A DNA stretch of 64,000 nucleotides from an uncultured bacterium (GCA_963726455.1 CAVSCK010000004.1:384001-448000), one strand, 5' to 3'; counted from the first letter of the stretch, positions 1-11,701 are shown. Notes: generated from the letters alone by a model not told the origin. Translations and numbers: made by a program.

Positions 1-83
1 GCGATCATGATTGCGATGATGAGTAATACGGCAGCCAAGGGGTTTACTTCGGCGGTGCTTTCTCGCGATCGACGCCGTGACAC
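1..83 (-). CDS. 5' fragment of a membrane or secreted protein running off the window
   Basis: GTG at 83 preceded by GGAG; reads VSRRRSRESTAEVNPLAAVLLIIAIMI (basic N-terminus, then hydrophobic stretch). Confidence 0.45.
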   Translation of the reverse strand, partial: MSRRRSRESTAEVNPLAAVLLIIAIMI

Positions 84-159
84 ATTACTCCGCTATGCCG
101 ACGTGGGTCGTGCTCCACGTGCCATTGATTCTTCATCTGGTAAGGCCAAGACGACGTCG

Positions 160-2077
160 CTACTTACACAAAGCGCAGGGCTCGGCTCCTCCTGAAAAAA
201 TGTACTGAATCAGATAAACGACATCGGAGATATCAATGCTCGAATCACAGTTTGCGTCGCCATACTGTATCGGATTGGGCGCTGGCCCGTTGTTGAAAAT
301 GTGTGCGAGAAGATATACCGCATCCGAGATATCCACGAAGTTATCGCCGCTGGCATCTCCGCATGGCCGGGCAACCGGCCTGTTGGTGACTTTAACGGAA
401 ATGCTAATTGTATCGGTGAGCGATGGCTCACCGGCGTCGGTGATAGCAACAGTAAAGTAGAAGGTTGACTTGTAGGTAGGCGTACCGCGAGAGCGTGCCC
501 GCCGGACCGTCAGTGAACACCAACCCATACGGAACGTCACCGCCGACAAAGCCCCAGGTATAGGGCGTAACGCCGCCGGCGGCCTCGAACTGGTAGAAGT
601 ACGGTTCGTTAATGTATGCATCCGGCACCTGGTAGCTTACGATATGCAGAAGACCGTCGCAGTGATCGCCGACACCGTCCAAATCTTCATCCGGTTGCAG
701 AGGATTGTAAACGTAGGGGCAATTGTCGCATGCATCACCGAGACCGTCGGTGTCGCTGTTGACCTGTGTTGGATTATACTTGAGGAGGCAGTTATCGACA
801 CTGTTGGGTACGCCATCCAGGTCAAAGTCTGTATTGTTGGCAATCGTGGCGGTCCAGGCGAAGGTGGCCTGCACCATTCGCCTCATGTAGTCAAAGTTCA
901 TGTGGGTCGTACTGTCTCCAAGCTCATGCCAGTAGGGACTGAAATTGTACTCCGCGAGAAAGAGGGCGTCATAACCTTTTAGGTAGAATGGGTAATGATC
1001 TGATCCGGAGCTGATGTCGCCGTAGACGCCCCAGATCCCGACCAGCGGATACGCAATGTCGATCCAGCTTTGAGTATAGTGGGAAATGTAGCCGTGGTGG
1101 AGTAAGGCGTAGGCATCGTTATCGTAGTTGGCGATCATATCCAGGTTAAACATGCAAGCGATCTGCTCTCCGCGGGCAACAGCGTCATCGGCGTAGTGGG
1201 CAGAACCCAGTAGACCCCACTCTTCGGCGTCGAAAGCGACAAATACTATGGTCATTGCAAAAGAAGAATCCTTAAGTGCTCGCGCCAACTCCATTACAGC
1301 AGCGGTGCCGGAACCGTTATCATTGGCGGCCGGACTGTCGACCCCGTCGTAGTGTGCACCGAGAATCAGATGAACATCGGGGTACTGCGTACCGACCTTG
1401 ATGGCGACAACGTTGTAGCAGGGAACATTACCACCCAACTGAGGCGGGTTGAACCAATCGTAGTAAACGGAATCATAGCCGTAGGAACGGAACTTGGCAG
1501 CGATGTAGTCGCGGGCGTCGTAAATGTCGGGCCATCCGGAAATTCGTCGATAGAATGCCTGCAATCGCGATGTGTATGCATAGAGAGAGTCCTGGCTAAT
1601 CTGGTCAATCTGAGTGCGCAGTCGGGCAATGTCGGGAGTGGGCAATTGCCCCGCCGGGGTCGGAGTAAACCGCACCGGAATTGATTTTTCAGGCATGGGC
1701 GCCAACCCGAGAGGCCGGTTTGCTTCCTCCAATTGCTCAGGTCTAACTCGAAAGACTCGAATCTGATCTTCCTGAAAGACAGTTTCGTAGTTGGCGGCAT
1801 CGGAGCGATTAGGCCAGGTGTCGAGCGCCAAGGTCTTGCGCGTGACGTCTTTGGCCACGAGGGCGACATCCAGACCGCTGGAAAGTAGTCGCGCAGACGA
1901 TAATCCGTCAGCGATCACAAGATAGCCGTCCTGAAACCGAACGACGGCCTCGGCGCCGGTTGCGTTCAATTTGTTTGCATCGGCGGCAGAACGTACCGAT
2001 ACACGATACAGATCGGCTCCAAGGATGCTGCCTGAAAACAGCAGCACTAAAATGGCAGCTATAAAGATTCTTTTCAT
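160..2077 (-). CDS. Secreted M28 family Zn-aminopeptidase with TSP3 repeats, Ig-like domain and C-terminal dockerin (frameshift near 487)
   Basis: Signal peptide; GAHYDG, ANDNGSG, DAEEWGL, NLDMI, SDHYPF motifs; DxDxDGVGDxCD repeats. Removing one base near 487 joins ORF 428-2077 to ORF 160-621 (GPAGTLS-GTPTYKS), which ends in CGDASGD...GDANCD...PCALCK. Confidence 0.85.
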
Positions 2078-2431
2078 GGCCTGTACTCCCTTCGAAGACT
2101 CGGAATCACGGCTCTCTGGGGTGAGTAATTGCCGAGAGACGCAATTCGGTGCGATGCACGATGTATTGTTAACTCAGTATACTCGTTTCTCTACGAAAAC
2201 GGTAGCGCTTTGTTCTGGAATAGTAGAGCTGGTTGTAGGCCATCGCGAGATCATATGGGCTGCCGCATCAGAATTTGCTTCATCGTTGACCGGAAAAGTA
2301 TTCCGGAATTTCGACGTACCGGAGGCGGGGACTGCGTCACGTGGTTCTCTAAGTCAAAGTCACGCAAAGGAAACGGATAGTATTCAATAGGGCGCAAAAT
2401 CCGGCACGGTCTTTGAATTGTCTATCGGTGG

Positions 2432-5400
2432 ATGAGAGCGCGTTTGTTCCCGATGACAGGAGCATTTTGCCTCTTGCTGTCTTTGGCGGCTACAGGCACA
2501 AATGTCAGCGATTTCAAAGTCAACGACGATTTCGGCCTGACCTATCAGGGTTATAGCAACATTGCTACCGACCTTAACGGCAATTTTGTCGTTTGCTGGT
2601 ATGATAAACGCAGCGGCAACAACGACATCTTTCTGCAGTTGTTCGATCGCAACGGCGTACGGCAAGGGACCAATCGACGAGTGAACGACGACACGAGTTC
2701 ACAGGAACAACTCAAGCCGTCAATGATGAAAGATCAGTCGGGCAAATTCACAGTTGTCTGGCAGGATTACCGGGCGAACGGTTATCCATTCAATGGCGAC
2801 ATTTACGGGCAACGCTATCTGGCGGATGGGTCAGTTCAGGCGGCCAATTTCAAGGTCAATGATGATTTCGGCACCGAGACTCAGGCCTGGCAGGATATTG
2901 ACTGCGACGATTTCGGAAACTTCGTGGTAGTCTGGGAAGATAACCGCAACGGCAATTACGATATATATGCCCAACGCTACCACAAGTCGGGCACCAAGCT
3001 GGGGACGAATATCCGGGTCAATGATGATGCCGGCGCTGCCTACCAGCATAACCCCCGCGTCACCGTTGATGGCACCGGCGATTTCGTAATTGCCTGGTAT
3101 GATAACCGCAGTGGTCGCGACGACATTATGGCGCAGCGCTACAACTCCTCAGGTGTCGCGCAAGGCACGAATGTTCTCGTCAATGACAATATCAATAATG
3201 AAAAGCATGTTATGCCGGATGTCGCCAGCGACTACAACGGCAATTTCACGGTCGTCTGGATTGACTATCGCAACGGCAGCTATCCCAACAATCCCGATAT
3301 CTATGGCCGTATGTTCTGGGCGGACGGCAGCAGCCGTGGCGGCAATTTCAAGATTAACAGCGACGGTGGGCAGTCCTCGCAGATGGAACCGGCGATCGGG
3401 ATGGATTATTTCGGGAATTACATAATCGCCTGGCGTGATGAACGCGAGGGCAATAACGATATCTACGCTCAATACTATGACAACACGGGACGTACAGTCG
3501 GCCTCAATTATCGCGTGAATACCGACGTCGGCACGGCTACGCAGTCATTTCCCAATGTCACAATGGATGGCATCAACATCTACTACACCTGGACGGATGA
3601 TCGCAACGGCAGCTTCGACGTATACGCAAAGATCAGCGAGTATGGTTCGCCGAGCATGGTCATCACGCCGCTGAGTTTCCAATTTACCGGCGATCTTGGG
3701 GGAGCCAATCCGGCGTCACAAAGTCTGTTGATCAGCAACATCGGTTACGGCATTCTCAACTGGCGCGTAACGAGCAATCAGAGTTGGTTACAGGCCATGC
3801 CCGCCACAGGTACGGCGCCGAGCACTGTTACGATCTCGGTCAATACTGCAGGTATGGCGTATGGAAATTACACCGGCCGTATCACGGTCGCCGATGTTTC
3901 CGGAAAAGATTCCTCACGCAGCTCGATCGTGGAGCTTGATATTACCGCCCCGGTGCTGCAACTCCTGCCGCAGAGTATGAATGTTGAAGCGCATGTAGGG
4001 GTGCCGCCGCCGGACGATAAGTTCTTTCAGATTGTTAACAGTGGTACAGGCACACTCAATTGGACGCTTTCCGGCATGCCGAATTGGCTGAAGTTCAGCA
4101 GTACTTCGGGAACGGCACCATCAGCTATTGACATTATGCTGCTGCCGGACTCGCTTCCGGGACCGGGACAATACAATGCCATTATCTCTGTGTCATCGCC
4201 ACAGGCAGTCAATTCGCCGCAAACATTTACTTTGAATCTAAGTTATCTCGCCGATACTCCGATCATCACGAACGATCCCGATACGGTGTACCTCACCTAT
4301 GCAGTGAATGCCACATCTATTCCATCGCAGGAAATCGTCATTTACAATACCGGGATTGGGACATTGAATTGGCAAATTTCCGCCGATGTGACCTGGGTCG
4401 TATTTGATGTTGACGCCGGCGTCGGCGACGGGGTGGTCAAAATTAACACTACACCGGCGTCCCTGGCGGTAGGGGATCATTACACACCGCTGACAATAAC
4501 AGATCCTGCCGCCTGTAACTCGCCTCACTATGCAGTGCTGCATGCCCATGTCACTGACGTAGCGCCCACGATTCAGGTTTCTCCAGATAGTCTGCATTTC
4601 GTCTGTTATGCAAGCGGACCGCAGGATTCATCGCGAACCGTGACTGTCGCTAACACAGGTGGAGGAACGATGGATTGGTCGGTGATGGAGAATGCCGTAT
4701 GGCTGTCATTCAATCCGACCTCCGGTTTAGGGAGCGGACAGACTAGCGCCACGGTCACGACCGGAGGATTACCGACAGGCAATTACAGCACATGGGCATA
4801 TTTCAATGCTCCCGGTAGCAGCAATCTGAAAGATTCAGTATTCGTGAAATTGGAGATTAAGGCCTGGGTGCCGCAAATCTGCGGGTTGGCTGCGTCCCTG
4901 AACTATTTGTCGCGAGAAAACATTGCTTATGTGGACACGCAACGAATTACCGTGCAGACTTGCGCGGCTGCGGGAATGCATTGGTCGATGACGACCTCAC
5001 CGGGTTGGTTGAGCGCAACACCGAGTAGCGGAATGGAAACACAGTTTAGTGATATCATCCTGAATGATCCCGGCACTGTTGCCGGTACGCATACCGGTCA
5101 AGTATCGGTTTCGTCTCCGGAGGCATCCAATTCGCCGCAGACAGTTCCGGTGGTTCTCAACGTGCTGCCGCGAGATACCATTGCGTTGACTTCTGCGAAC
5201 GTCAGGCAAGGTCAGCCATTCTCGCTTGACTTGCGGCTTCATAATTTGTTGCCCACCGATAGTCTCCATCTGCGAATAACGTTCGATGACAACTATTTTG
5301 TTTTTGACTCGATTTCCGCCAGCCAGCGCCTGAACGGTTTGATGACGTTAGTCACCGGCGGACAGCAAGCACTGGCGGCGAGTTTGACATCCGTCACGTC

Positions 5401-5896
5401 AACCGCCGGTTCTCTGCCGTTGCCGACAGGGAATGGCAATGTCGGCACAATTCATTTCCATGCTCTTGCGACAGCTTTGGAGGGTACGTATCCGATAACC
5501 TGCTCGGCCAACGTGCGCGATTCTCTGGGCATCATTCTCAGTCTGCCGGAAGTTTCAGGCCTGGTGTCGATTACCGCCATGACTCCGGTCGAACCCGATC
5601 CGGTCGCGGGACTGCCAAACGATTTTCGCCTTTACCAGAATTTCCCGAATCCATTCAATGCCGAAACCGTTATGCACTACTCGCTGGACCGGAGCGCTTT
5701 TGTGACCGTAGAAGTGTTCAACATCGTCGGCAGGTCGGTGAAATTGCTGCACACGGGGTTTCAGACGGCCGGAGGATACAGCATTTCCTGGAACGGCCGC
5801 GACACCTACAATGGCGAAGTTGGTTCAGGCATCTACTTCATCCGGCTGAGTGCAGACAATAGAACGGAATACGTCAAAGCCGTACTTCTGAAATAA
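2432..5896 (+). CDS. Large secreted protein: ~7 beta-propeller-type repeats, 5 BACON-like domains, cohesin-like domain, FlgD/T9SS-type C-terminal domain
   Basis: Repeats F.VNDD...Q..P.I..D..GNF.V.W.D.R.GN.DIY; BACON motifs (SNIGYGILNW...WL...P.TG.AP); cohesin-like ANVRQGQPFSLDLRLHN...LRITFD; C-terminus LYQNFPNPFNA...SWNGRD...SGIYFIRL...KAVLLK. Confidence 0.8.
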   Translation: MRARLFPMTGAFCLLLSLAATGTNVSDFKVNDDFGLTYQGYSNIATDLNGNFVVCWYDKRSGNNDIFLQLFDRNGVRQGTNRRVNDDTSSQEQLKPSMMKDQSGKFTVVWQDYRANGYPFNGDIYGQRYLADGSVQAANFKVNDDFGTETQAWQDIDCDDFGNFVVVWEDNRNGNYDIYAQRYHKSGTKLGTNIRVNDDAGAAYQHNPRVTVDGTGDFVIAWYDNRSGRDDIMAQRYNSSGVAQGTNVLVNDNINNEKHVMPDVASDYNGNFTVVWIDYRNGSYPNNPDIYGRMFWADGSSRGGNFKINSDGGQSSQMEPAIGMDYFGNYIIAWRDEREGNNDIYAQYYDNTGRTVGLNYRVNTDVGTATQSFPNVTMDGINIYYTWTDDRNGSFDVYAKISEYGSPSMVITPLSFQFTGDLGGANPASQSLLISNIGYGILNWRVTSNQSWLQAMPATGTAPSTVTISVNTAGMAYGNYTGRITVADVSGKDSSRSSIVELDITAPVLQLLPQSMNVEAHVGVPPPDDKFFQIVNSGTGTLNWTLSGMPNWLKFSSTSGTAPSAIDIMLLPDSLPGPGQYNAIISVSSPQAVNSPQTFTLNLSYLADTPIITNDPDTVYLTYAVNATSIPSQEIVIYNTGIGTLNWQISADVTWVVFDVDAGVGDGVVKINTTPASLAVGDHYTPLTITDPAACNSPHYAVLHAHVTDVAPTIQVSPDSLHFVCYASGPQDSSRTVTVANTGGGTMDWSVMENAVWLSFNPTSGLGSGQTSATVTTGGLPTGNYSTWAYFNAPGSSNLKDSVFVKLEIKAWVPQICGLAASLNYLSRENIAYVDTQRITVQTCAAAGMHWSMTTSPGWLSATPSSGMETQFSDIILNDPGTVAGTHTGQVSVSSPEASNSPQTVPVVLNVLPRDTIALTSANVRQGQPFSLDLRLHNLLPTDSLHLRITFDDNYFVFDSISASQRLNGLMTLVTGGQQALAASLTSVTSTAGSLPLPTGNGNVGTIHFHALATALEGTYPITCSANVRDSLGIILSLPEVSGLVSITAMTPVEPDPVAGLPNDFRLYQNFPNPFNAETVMHYSLDRSAFVTVEVFNIVGRSVKLLHTGFQTAGGYSISWNGRDTYNGEVGSGIYFIRLSADNRTEYVKAVLLK

Positions 5897-6009
5897 TCAA
5901 TGAGCAGATTCGGGTATTCCCGCCAATCACTTCCCAAGGTCAAATAATCGCTTTTCCGTAACAATTCAGCATTTTACATACTGCGAACATCCGCGTATAT
6001 TCAGGCAGA

Positions 6010-8247
6010 ATGTATCAGCCCCTCAAGCTCGTTCTCGCGACTATACTGCTTATATCCATGTGCGCTAGTCCCGGCTGGGCGGCCAGGGAATCTACGACAC
6101 TCGACGCGGGCAATCTGTATTTCTTTGTTTCCAACAACGGCTCGTTTGCCTTTGACTCCAGTCAGTCGCGCGACGGGGTCGACGGATTATACTTCCCAAA
6201 GAACACTCTCAAATTTCTGATGGCCGGCGGTGGTATCTGGGTCGCAGGAAAGAAAAACGGTGAGTGGCGGGCCACCATCTCGGGTGACGAAAGTGAGTTT
6301 GTGTCAGGGCCGGCTTATCACCGCGTTAATGCTGCTTCACCGTTTCCATTGTACAAGATCAAGCGCGGGGAGCCATACGCGCTCAATGATGATTATCGCA
6401 ATTGGCCGGCATTTATCGGCGCGCCGGTTGATGCCCTCGGTCAGCCGCTGGTGATGGGCGCGCAATGTTTGTTCACGATGTTCAACGATACCGATTCGAG
6501 CGCTCATGGATTCAACATTTCCAACACGCTGCCACTGGGCGTGGAGGTGAAACTCTATGCATACACCTACGATAATGTGTATCAGACTTTCGACACCATG
6601 ATGACCCAGACAATATTCTTTGACTACACGATCACGAACAGATCTGACGAGCCGATTGACTCCTGCATCATCACTCTCTATGGCGATCCCGATATCGGCT
6701 ACGAAGGAGATGATCGCGTCGGGAGTGACACGGCAACTTCATCAGTGTTCTGCTATAACGACAGCGACTATGATCAGTATTACGGCAGCCATCCACCGGC
6801 AGTAGGTATCTGCATGCTCAGTCCGGCAGCCAATTCCGCAAATTTCTATTTTAACTATCGTCGGCTGGATCCGCCCTCGGTGCGGCTGGACAGTCTGTAC
6901 AAAACGATCAATATCGTAAAGGGACTGCAATTGATGGGAGAGCCGTACATCGATCCGACAACGTCTTTGCCGACACGATTTCCTTATAGTGGAGATGTTG
7001 TCAGCGGTAATGGTTGGATCGACACATTGTCGAAAGATTATCGCTTTGTGCTGAACCTTAGTCCGACGTTGTTGCCGGCAGGCGACAGCATAAAGGTTTC
7101 GGCTGCTCTGGTAGTTGCACAGGGAGTCACGCACCTTGAAAGCGTCCAGAAGCTTCTGACAGCGATGAGAGCAGTGCAAGGACAATATTCGAACAATGGA
7201 GCTGTGCCCGATTTGAGAATATCACCGCTGGATGCAGTCGCGATTCGCGGCGCGAATATTCGCGGACGTGATTGGGGCGGCAGATATCTCTCCGGCGGTC
7301 TCGATATGGCTTCACGTTATTTCGGGGACTTGACAATGCCGGACCGAACTCCGAAAGTTAGCATTGCATTCTCGGATAAGACGGTGCAACAGGCCTATCG
7401 CTATGTGATCACCGGAAGTGAGTATCGGTTCGCGGCAGATGAGAATCAGAAGATTGCAGTCACTGACACAAGAACAGGAAGTCCTCTGGAATGTGGTTTC
7501 ATCGATACTGACAACGATGGTACAATCGCCGATCATGACGGGCGGCTGGAGCCGATTATTGTTTTCACCCTGAATAGCGACGGCAGCGCACAGTCGCAAT
7601 TGACTTCGCTTGATCTTGCGCAACCGTCACCATTGAAACTCGTCGCTCTGCAATTGGACGCTTCCTTAACGGATCTTATTGGCCAGCGACTGGTCGTCGA
7701 CACGCGGCTGGTGAGCGAGCCCTTCACCTCGCTCTATCTGGGCGACTCCGGAAGCGTTGAGATCGATGTTCCCGCAGCCGACGCGTACTCTGAGCGCGTG
7801 CTGATGGTCAGGAACAACAGCCGATTTGTGCAGGACATTGACGCGGCCTCGTCTGATCCGCTGCAACTCTCGCTAATGCAATCGAATAAAGAAATTGGCA
7901 CCGGTGACAGCGCTCTGGTTTTCCTGCACTCTTATCCGCCTGACTCAGGTTCGCTGGGCGCAAGCATTAGTCTCTATTCGCGGCGACTGCGGGGCGAGCG
8001 AATGGAATTTCCCATTGCGTATGCGCCGCTGCACGGAGTCTCGGGGGATGCCAACGAGGATGGCGCGCTGACATTGGTTGATGTGATCGATATGGTCAGA
8101 ATGTTGTTTCGGGATGCACCGGTAACTGTGCCGACGCTCTTGCTTGACGCCAACTGCGATGGAGCATTTGACCTGGTCGACCTCGTGATATATCTGAATG
8201 TGCTGTATGGTCAAGGCGAATTACCCTGTGACGGTGTCGTTCCATGA
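6010..8247 (+). CDS. Secreted protein of unknown function with C-terminal dockerin; paralog of 43280-46092
   Basis: Signal peptide; N-terminal VSNNGSFAFD...DGLYFPK...GGGIWVAGK shared with ORF 44404-46092; C-terminal GDANEDG...DANCDG.FDLVD. Confidence 0.8.
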   Translation: MYQPLKLVLATILLISMCASPGWAARESTTLDAGNLYFFVSNNGSFAFDSSQSRDGVDGLYFPKNTLKFLMAGGGIWVAGKKNGEWRATISGDESEFVSGPAYHRVNAASPFPLYKIKRGEPYALNDDYRNWPAFIGAPVDALGQPLVMGAQCLFTMFNDTDSSAHGFNISNTLPLGVEVKLYAYTYDNVYQTFDTMMTQTIFFDYTITNRSDEPIDSCIITLYGDPDIGYEGDDRVGSDTATSSVFCYNDSDYDQYYGSHPPAVGICMLSPAANSANFYFNYRRLDPPSVRLDSLYKTINIVKGLQLMGEPYIDPTTSLPTRFPYSGDVVSGNGWIDTLSKDYRFVLNLSPTLLPAGDSIKVSAALVVAQGVTHLESVQKLLTAMRAVQGQYSNNGAVPDLRISPLDAVAIRGANIRGRDWGGRYLSGGLDMASRYFGDLTMPDRTPKVSIAFSDKTVQQAYRYVITGSEYRFAADENQKIAVTDTRTGSPLECGFIDTDNDGTIADHDGRLEPIIVFTLNSDGSAQSQLTSLDLAQPSPLKLVALQLDASLTDLIGQRLVVDTRLVSEPFTSLYLGDSGSVEIDVPAADAYSERVLMVRNNSRFVQDIDAASSDPLQLSLMQSNKEIGTGDSALVFLHSYPPDSGSLGASISLYSRRLRGERMEFPIAYAPLHGVSGDANEDGALTLVDVIDMVRMLFRDAPVTVPTLLLDANCDGAFDLVDLVIYLNVLYGQGELPCDGVVP

Positions 8248-9029
8248 CAACGAGAGCGACTCTCGCAATCCTGGCCTTCGTGTTCTGTCTCTTTGCGGCA
8301 CCACGGAGCATAACTGCGTCAGACTATTTCGTTGATTCCTCGAACGTCTCGCATTCGCATGTGTACCGCAATCTGGTTATCGCGAACGTTGTCTGCGGCG
8401 CCGGCGCCTATGTGTATTTTGCGGATACCTGGGGAGCGCCGAACGGGAAGTTTCATATCAAGGACGAAATCCACGACAACATGGCGTTCAATGACGAGGT
8501 CAGCCACTTCTACTTCGGGTACAAACTGACCGACGGATTCGACTGGCTGTTTCGAACGCTGAAGGTACCGCCAGGGAAGTCGCTACGGCTGGCAGCGCTG
8601 CAGTCGGCGGCGGTTTTGACACTGGTCGAGTATCCGATGGATTCATACAATCCAAGTCAGGGAATGGGCCTGACCGACCTCGCGGCCGATTATCTCGGAG
8701 TCGGATTCTCTCTTCTGAAGAGAAAGTACCCGGACAATTTCGATATGAAATTTTGCGTGAAGCAACCGCCGTGGAAATTCGCCCACAAGTTTCTTGCGAG
8801 CCAAAACCAGGAATTCGACAATTGGATCTGGTGGGCGGTCTGGAAGCCGAAGTATGTTTGGGGCGGCGTCGGCTACAGTACCAATCATGACAAGAGTGAT
8901 GTCCAGCCGGAAGTCTATGTCGGCGCTGGCACAACGTTGTATGATCTACTGCATTTTGTGAAACCGCGTCTGGCCGATGAGTTCAAGGCGCTGGACACAT
9001 ACTTCATCAGTCTGAGATTTCGGCTGTAA
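8244..9029 (+). CDS. YfiM/DUF2279-like exported or membrane protein
   Basis: Signal peptide; DEVSHFYFGY motif, E...D.Y....G....DLAAD.LG pattern; ATGA overlap with the upstream stop. Confidence 0.55.
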   Translation: MTTRATLAILAFVFCLFAAPRSITASDYFVDSSNVSHSHVYRNLVIANVVCGAGAYVYFADTWGAPNGKFHIKDEIHDNMAFNDEVSHFYFGYKLTDGFDWLFRTLKVPPGKSLRLAALQSAAVLTLVEYPMDSYNPSQGMGLTDLAADYLGVGFSLLKRKYPDNFDMKFCVKQPPWKFAHKFLASQNQEFDNWIWWAVWKPKYVWGGVGYSTNHDKSDVQPEVYVGAGTTLYDLLHFVKPRLADEFKALDTYFISLRFRL

Positions 9030-9153
9030 CGGACAAAACTGTGACCACTAAAGGGGAATTCGCAGTGAGATTTCTTTCAAATGTGATTGCCTCACTATTG
9101 TTATGAAGTAGAATTTGACGGATAATGTTCAAACCGGTCAGGCGGCCAACAGG

Positions 9154-10359
9154 ATGGAAGAAACTCAAAGTTCGCGCGTCATAATGCACGTCGATATGGA
9201 CGCATTCTTTGCATCTATCGAGCAGCGCAACAATCCGGAACTGCGCGGCAAACCGGTTATTGTCGGCGGGCATCCGGGTTCTCGTGGCGTCGTATCGACC
9301 TGCTCCTACGAGGCGCGAGAGTACGGTGTGCACTCGGCGATGCCTATTGCCCAGGCCGTACAAAAATGTAAGGATGGCGTTTTCCTGAGCGTTGATCCAT
9401 CTGCTTATGGTTACGCGGCACATCAGATCAAAGAGATTTTCCAGCGATTCTCTCCCGCCGTGCAGATGGTTTCTGTCGACGAAGCGTTCATTGATATCAC
9501 CGGATCGCAGCGGACTCATGGAACGCCCGTCGATATCGCTTTGAAGATCAAATCCGCCGTGAAGCAGGAAATCGGAATTACCTGTTCAGTGGGAATCGGC
9601 CCGAATAAGTTGATTGCCAAATTGGCGAGCGGCTTGGAGAAACCGGACGGACTGACGGTTTTGCTCTCCAAAGAAGAGATAGCGCGTCGCGTCTTCCCGC
9701 TTCCGGTCGGTAGACTGTGGGGCGTAGGGCCGGTGACGGAGAAGTATCTGATCTCCAAGGGAATTGTGACGATCGCCGACCTCGCGTGCGCCGAGCCCGA
9801 GAACTCGAAGAAGAAGTTAGGAGTCCGTGGCCAGTATCTGGCAGAACGTGCTCGCGGAGTCGACGACAATTTGGTGCTGGATGAGGAAGAACAACCCGAC
9901 GAGAAATCGATCTCGCATGAGTGCACGCTTGATCAAGACACGGTCGATCCAAGATTGGTACATTCTTTGCTCCTCAAACTCGCGGAAAAAGTCGTCTGTC
10001 GGATGCAGGATGGCGGCTGGCTGGCAAGAACCGTGGCGTTGAGATTGCGATTCGCTAACTTTGAAACAATCACCCGCCAGATTTCGTTTGATAAACCGAT
10101 GGATGATTTCAAAATGATCTTCGAGTCTGTTTGTGATCTGCTCCCAGTGCAAGATATTGTATGTAAAAGAGTTAGGTTGGTCGGTGTCCGGGCTTCCAAT
10201 TTGGTCAAAGAGGGCACGACCAATCAGGGGAATCTGTTTGAGACAGAAGGCGCCCCCAAGCGCGAACGTCTGGACCAGAGCATAAAGAGTTTGCGCAACC
10301 GGTTTGGAAACAATATCATCACCAGGGTTGGGACGATGAGGGAAGAGGGAGATTGTTAA
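9154..10359 (+). CDS. dinB: DNA polymerase IV (Y-family)
   Basis: HVDMDAFFASIE, STCSYEAR.YGV.SAMP, SVDEAFID, NKLIAKLAS..EKPDG motifs. Confidence 0.95.
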   Translation: MEETQSSRVIMHVDMDAFFASIEQRNNPELRGKPVIVGGHPGSRGVVSTCSYEAREYGVHSAMPIAQAVQKCKDGVFLSVDPSAYGYAAHQIKEIFQRFSPAVQMVSVDEAFIDITGSQRTHGTPVDIALKIKSAVKQEIGITCSVGIGPNKLIAKLASGLEKPDGLTVLLSKEEIARRVFPLPVGRLWGVGPVTEKYLISKGIVTIADLACAEPENSKKKLGVRGQYLAERARGVDDNLVLDEEEQPDEKSISHECTLDQDTVDPRLVHSLLLKLAEKVVCRMQDGGWLARTVALRLRFANFETITRQISFDKPMDDFKMIFESVCDLLPVQDIVCKRVRLVGVRASNLVKEGTTNQGNLFETEGAPKRERLDQSIKSLRNRFGNNIITRVGTMREEGDC

Positions 10360-10409
10360 TATTTTCACTTTCGGTTTGACTATTCTGTCCAGTTTATTAA
10401 ATTATAGCT

Positions 10410-11633
10410 ATGGATGTCGAGATGGAAACTGAGGTGCTTGAAAGGACGGCTAAGGTGTTCAACTGGCCTTTTTCCAAGGTCGCGACCGGCTTCGAGGCGT
10501 CGATCATACGTGAAATCCTGAAGATTTCGTCGAAACCTGGGATAGTAAATTTCGCCGGTGGATTGCCTGCACCTGAGTTGTTTCCGATCGAACAAATCCG
10601 GGAATGTGTCGACGCTGTCCTGACGAATAGCGGTCCGGCGTCCCTGCAGTATTCCCTGACACAGGGAGTTCTGCCATTGCGCGAGTATCTTGCTGAACAC
10701 GTCTCCAAGAAGGGACTTCCGGTCACCGCCGAAAATATCACGATTACGACCGGTTCCCAGCAGGGACTTGATCTCGTTGGCAGGGCGTTTCTGGATCCGG
10801 GCGACTATGTGTTAACCGAACTTCCGACCTACCTCGGCGCTTTGCAGGCATTCAATTTCTATCAAGCGGTCTATTGTCCGGTTAGGATGGATAATCACGG
10901 CATCCTGGTTGACGAGGCCGCCAAAAAGATCAAGCAGTTCCACCCCAAATTCATGTATCTCGTTCCAAATTTCCAGAATCCATCGGGAATCACGATGTCG
11001 CTCGAACGCCGACAGGCCGTTATTGATCTGGCGTTTGAGCATCACGTTCCCATTGTCGACGACAATCCATACGGCGAATTGCGGTTCTCGGGAAAGGCCA
11101 TGCCATCGCTTCGCGGTATCGGCGGCGACGCTGTGATCGGACTCGGAACGTTTTCCAAGTTGATTTCTCCGGGACTGCGCGTCGGTTGGGTCGTGGCGCC
11201 AATTGCCTGCAGCAAAGTAATCGAGCGGGTCAAGCAGGCGGTCGATTTGCATTCTGCGACCTTCCCACAGTTTGTGATATACGAATTTCTCAAGCGCGGT
11301 TATCTCGAACCACACATCGAAAAGATCAAGTCGGCCTACGCCGAACGGCTCGGCGTAATGGAAGCCGCGATGCGCGAGTATTTCCCACCAAGTATCACCT
11401 GGCCGCATCCTGACGGCGGGTTATTCCTCTGGTTGCAGTTGCCGGAAGATGTCTCGGCCTCCAAGATGCTGAATGAAGCGATTGCCGCCGGTGTGGCATT
11501 CGTTCCGGGCCGGTCATTCCATCCTGACGGCTCAGGCGACAACACCATGCGCCTCAACTTCGCGAATGCCACTCATGAGGGTATCGTGGAAGGTATCAAG
11601 CGGCTGGCGAAAGTGCTCAAGAAGTATTGTTAA
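10410..11633 (+). CDS. PLP-dependent class I aminotransferase (2-aminoadipate transaminase/LysN-like)
   Basis: FAGGLPAPELFP, TTGSQQGLDL, PNFQNPSG, DNPYGEL, GTFSKLISPGLRVGW. Confidence 0.9.
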   Translation: MDVEMETEVLERTAKVFNWPFSKVATGFEASIIREILKISSKPGIVNFAGGLPAPELFPIEQIRECVDAVLTNSGPASLQYSLTQGVLPLREYLAEHVSKKGLPVTAENITITTGSQQGLDLVGRAFLDPGDYVLTELPTYLGALQAFNFYQAVYCPVRMDNHGILVDEAAKKIKQFHPKFMYLVPNFQNPSGITMSLERRQAVIDLAFEHHVPIVDDNPYGELRFSGKAMPSLRGIGGDAVIGLGTFSKLISPGLRVGWVVAPIACSKVIERVKQAVDLHSATFPQFVIYEFLKRGYLEPHIEKIKSAYAERLGVMEAAMREYFPPSITWPHPDGGLFLWLQLPEDVSASKMLNEAIAAGVAFVPGRSFHPDGSGDNTMRLNFANATHEGIVEGIKRLAKVLKKYC

Positions 11634-11660
11634 GCCGCGCAGAATAAATCAAAGCATTTG

Positions 11661-11690
11661 AGAGCCCCGTCGATTCCGATGGGGCTTTTC
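11661..11690. terminator. Intrinsic terminator between convergent genes
   Basis: AGCCCCGTCG-ATTC-CGATGGGGCT stem followed by TTTC. Confidence 0.75.
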
Positions 11691-11701
11691 AGTTTCCAGG
11701 G

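Noticed and set aside
9030-9150. LexA/SOS box upstream of dinB
   Set aside because: Only a widely spaced AGTGAG/CTCACT inverted repeat; no LexA consensus I can recognise
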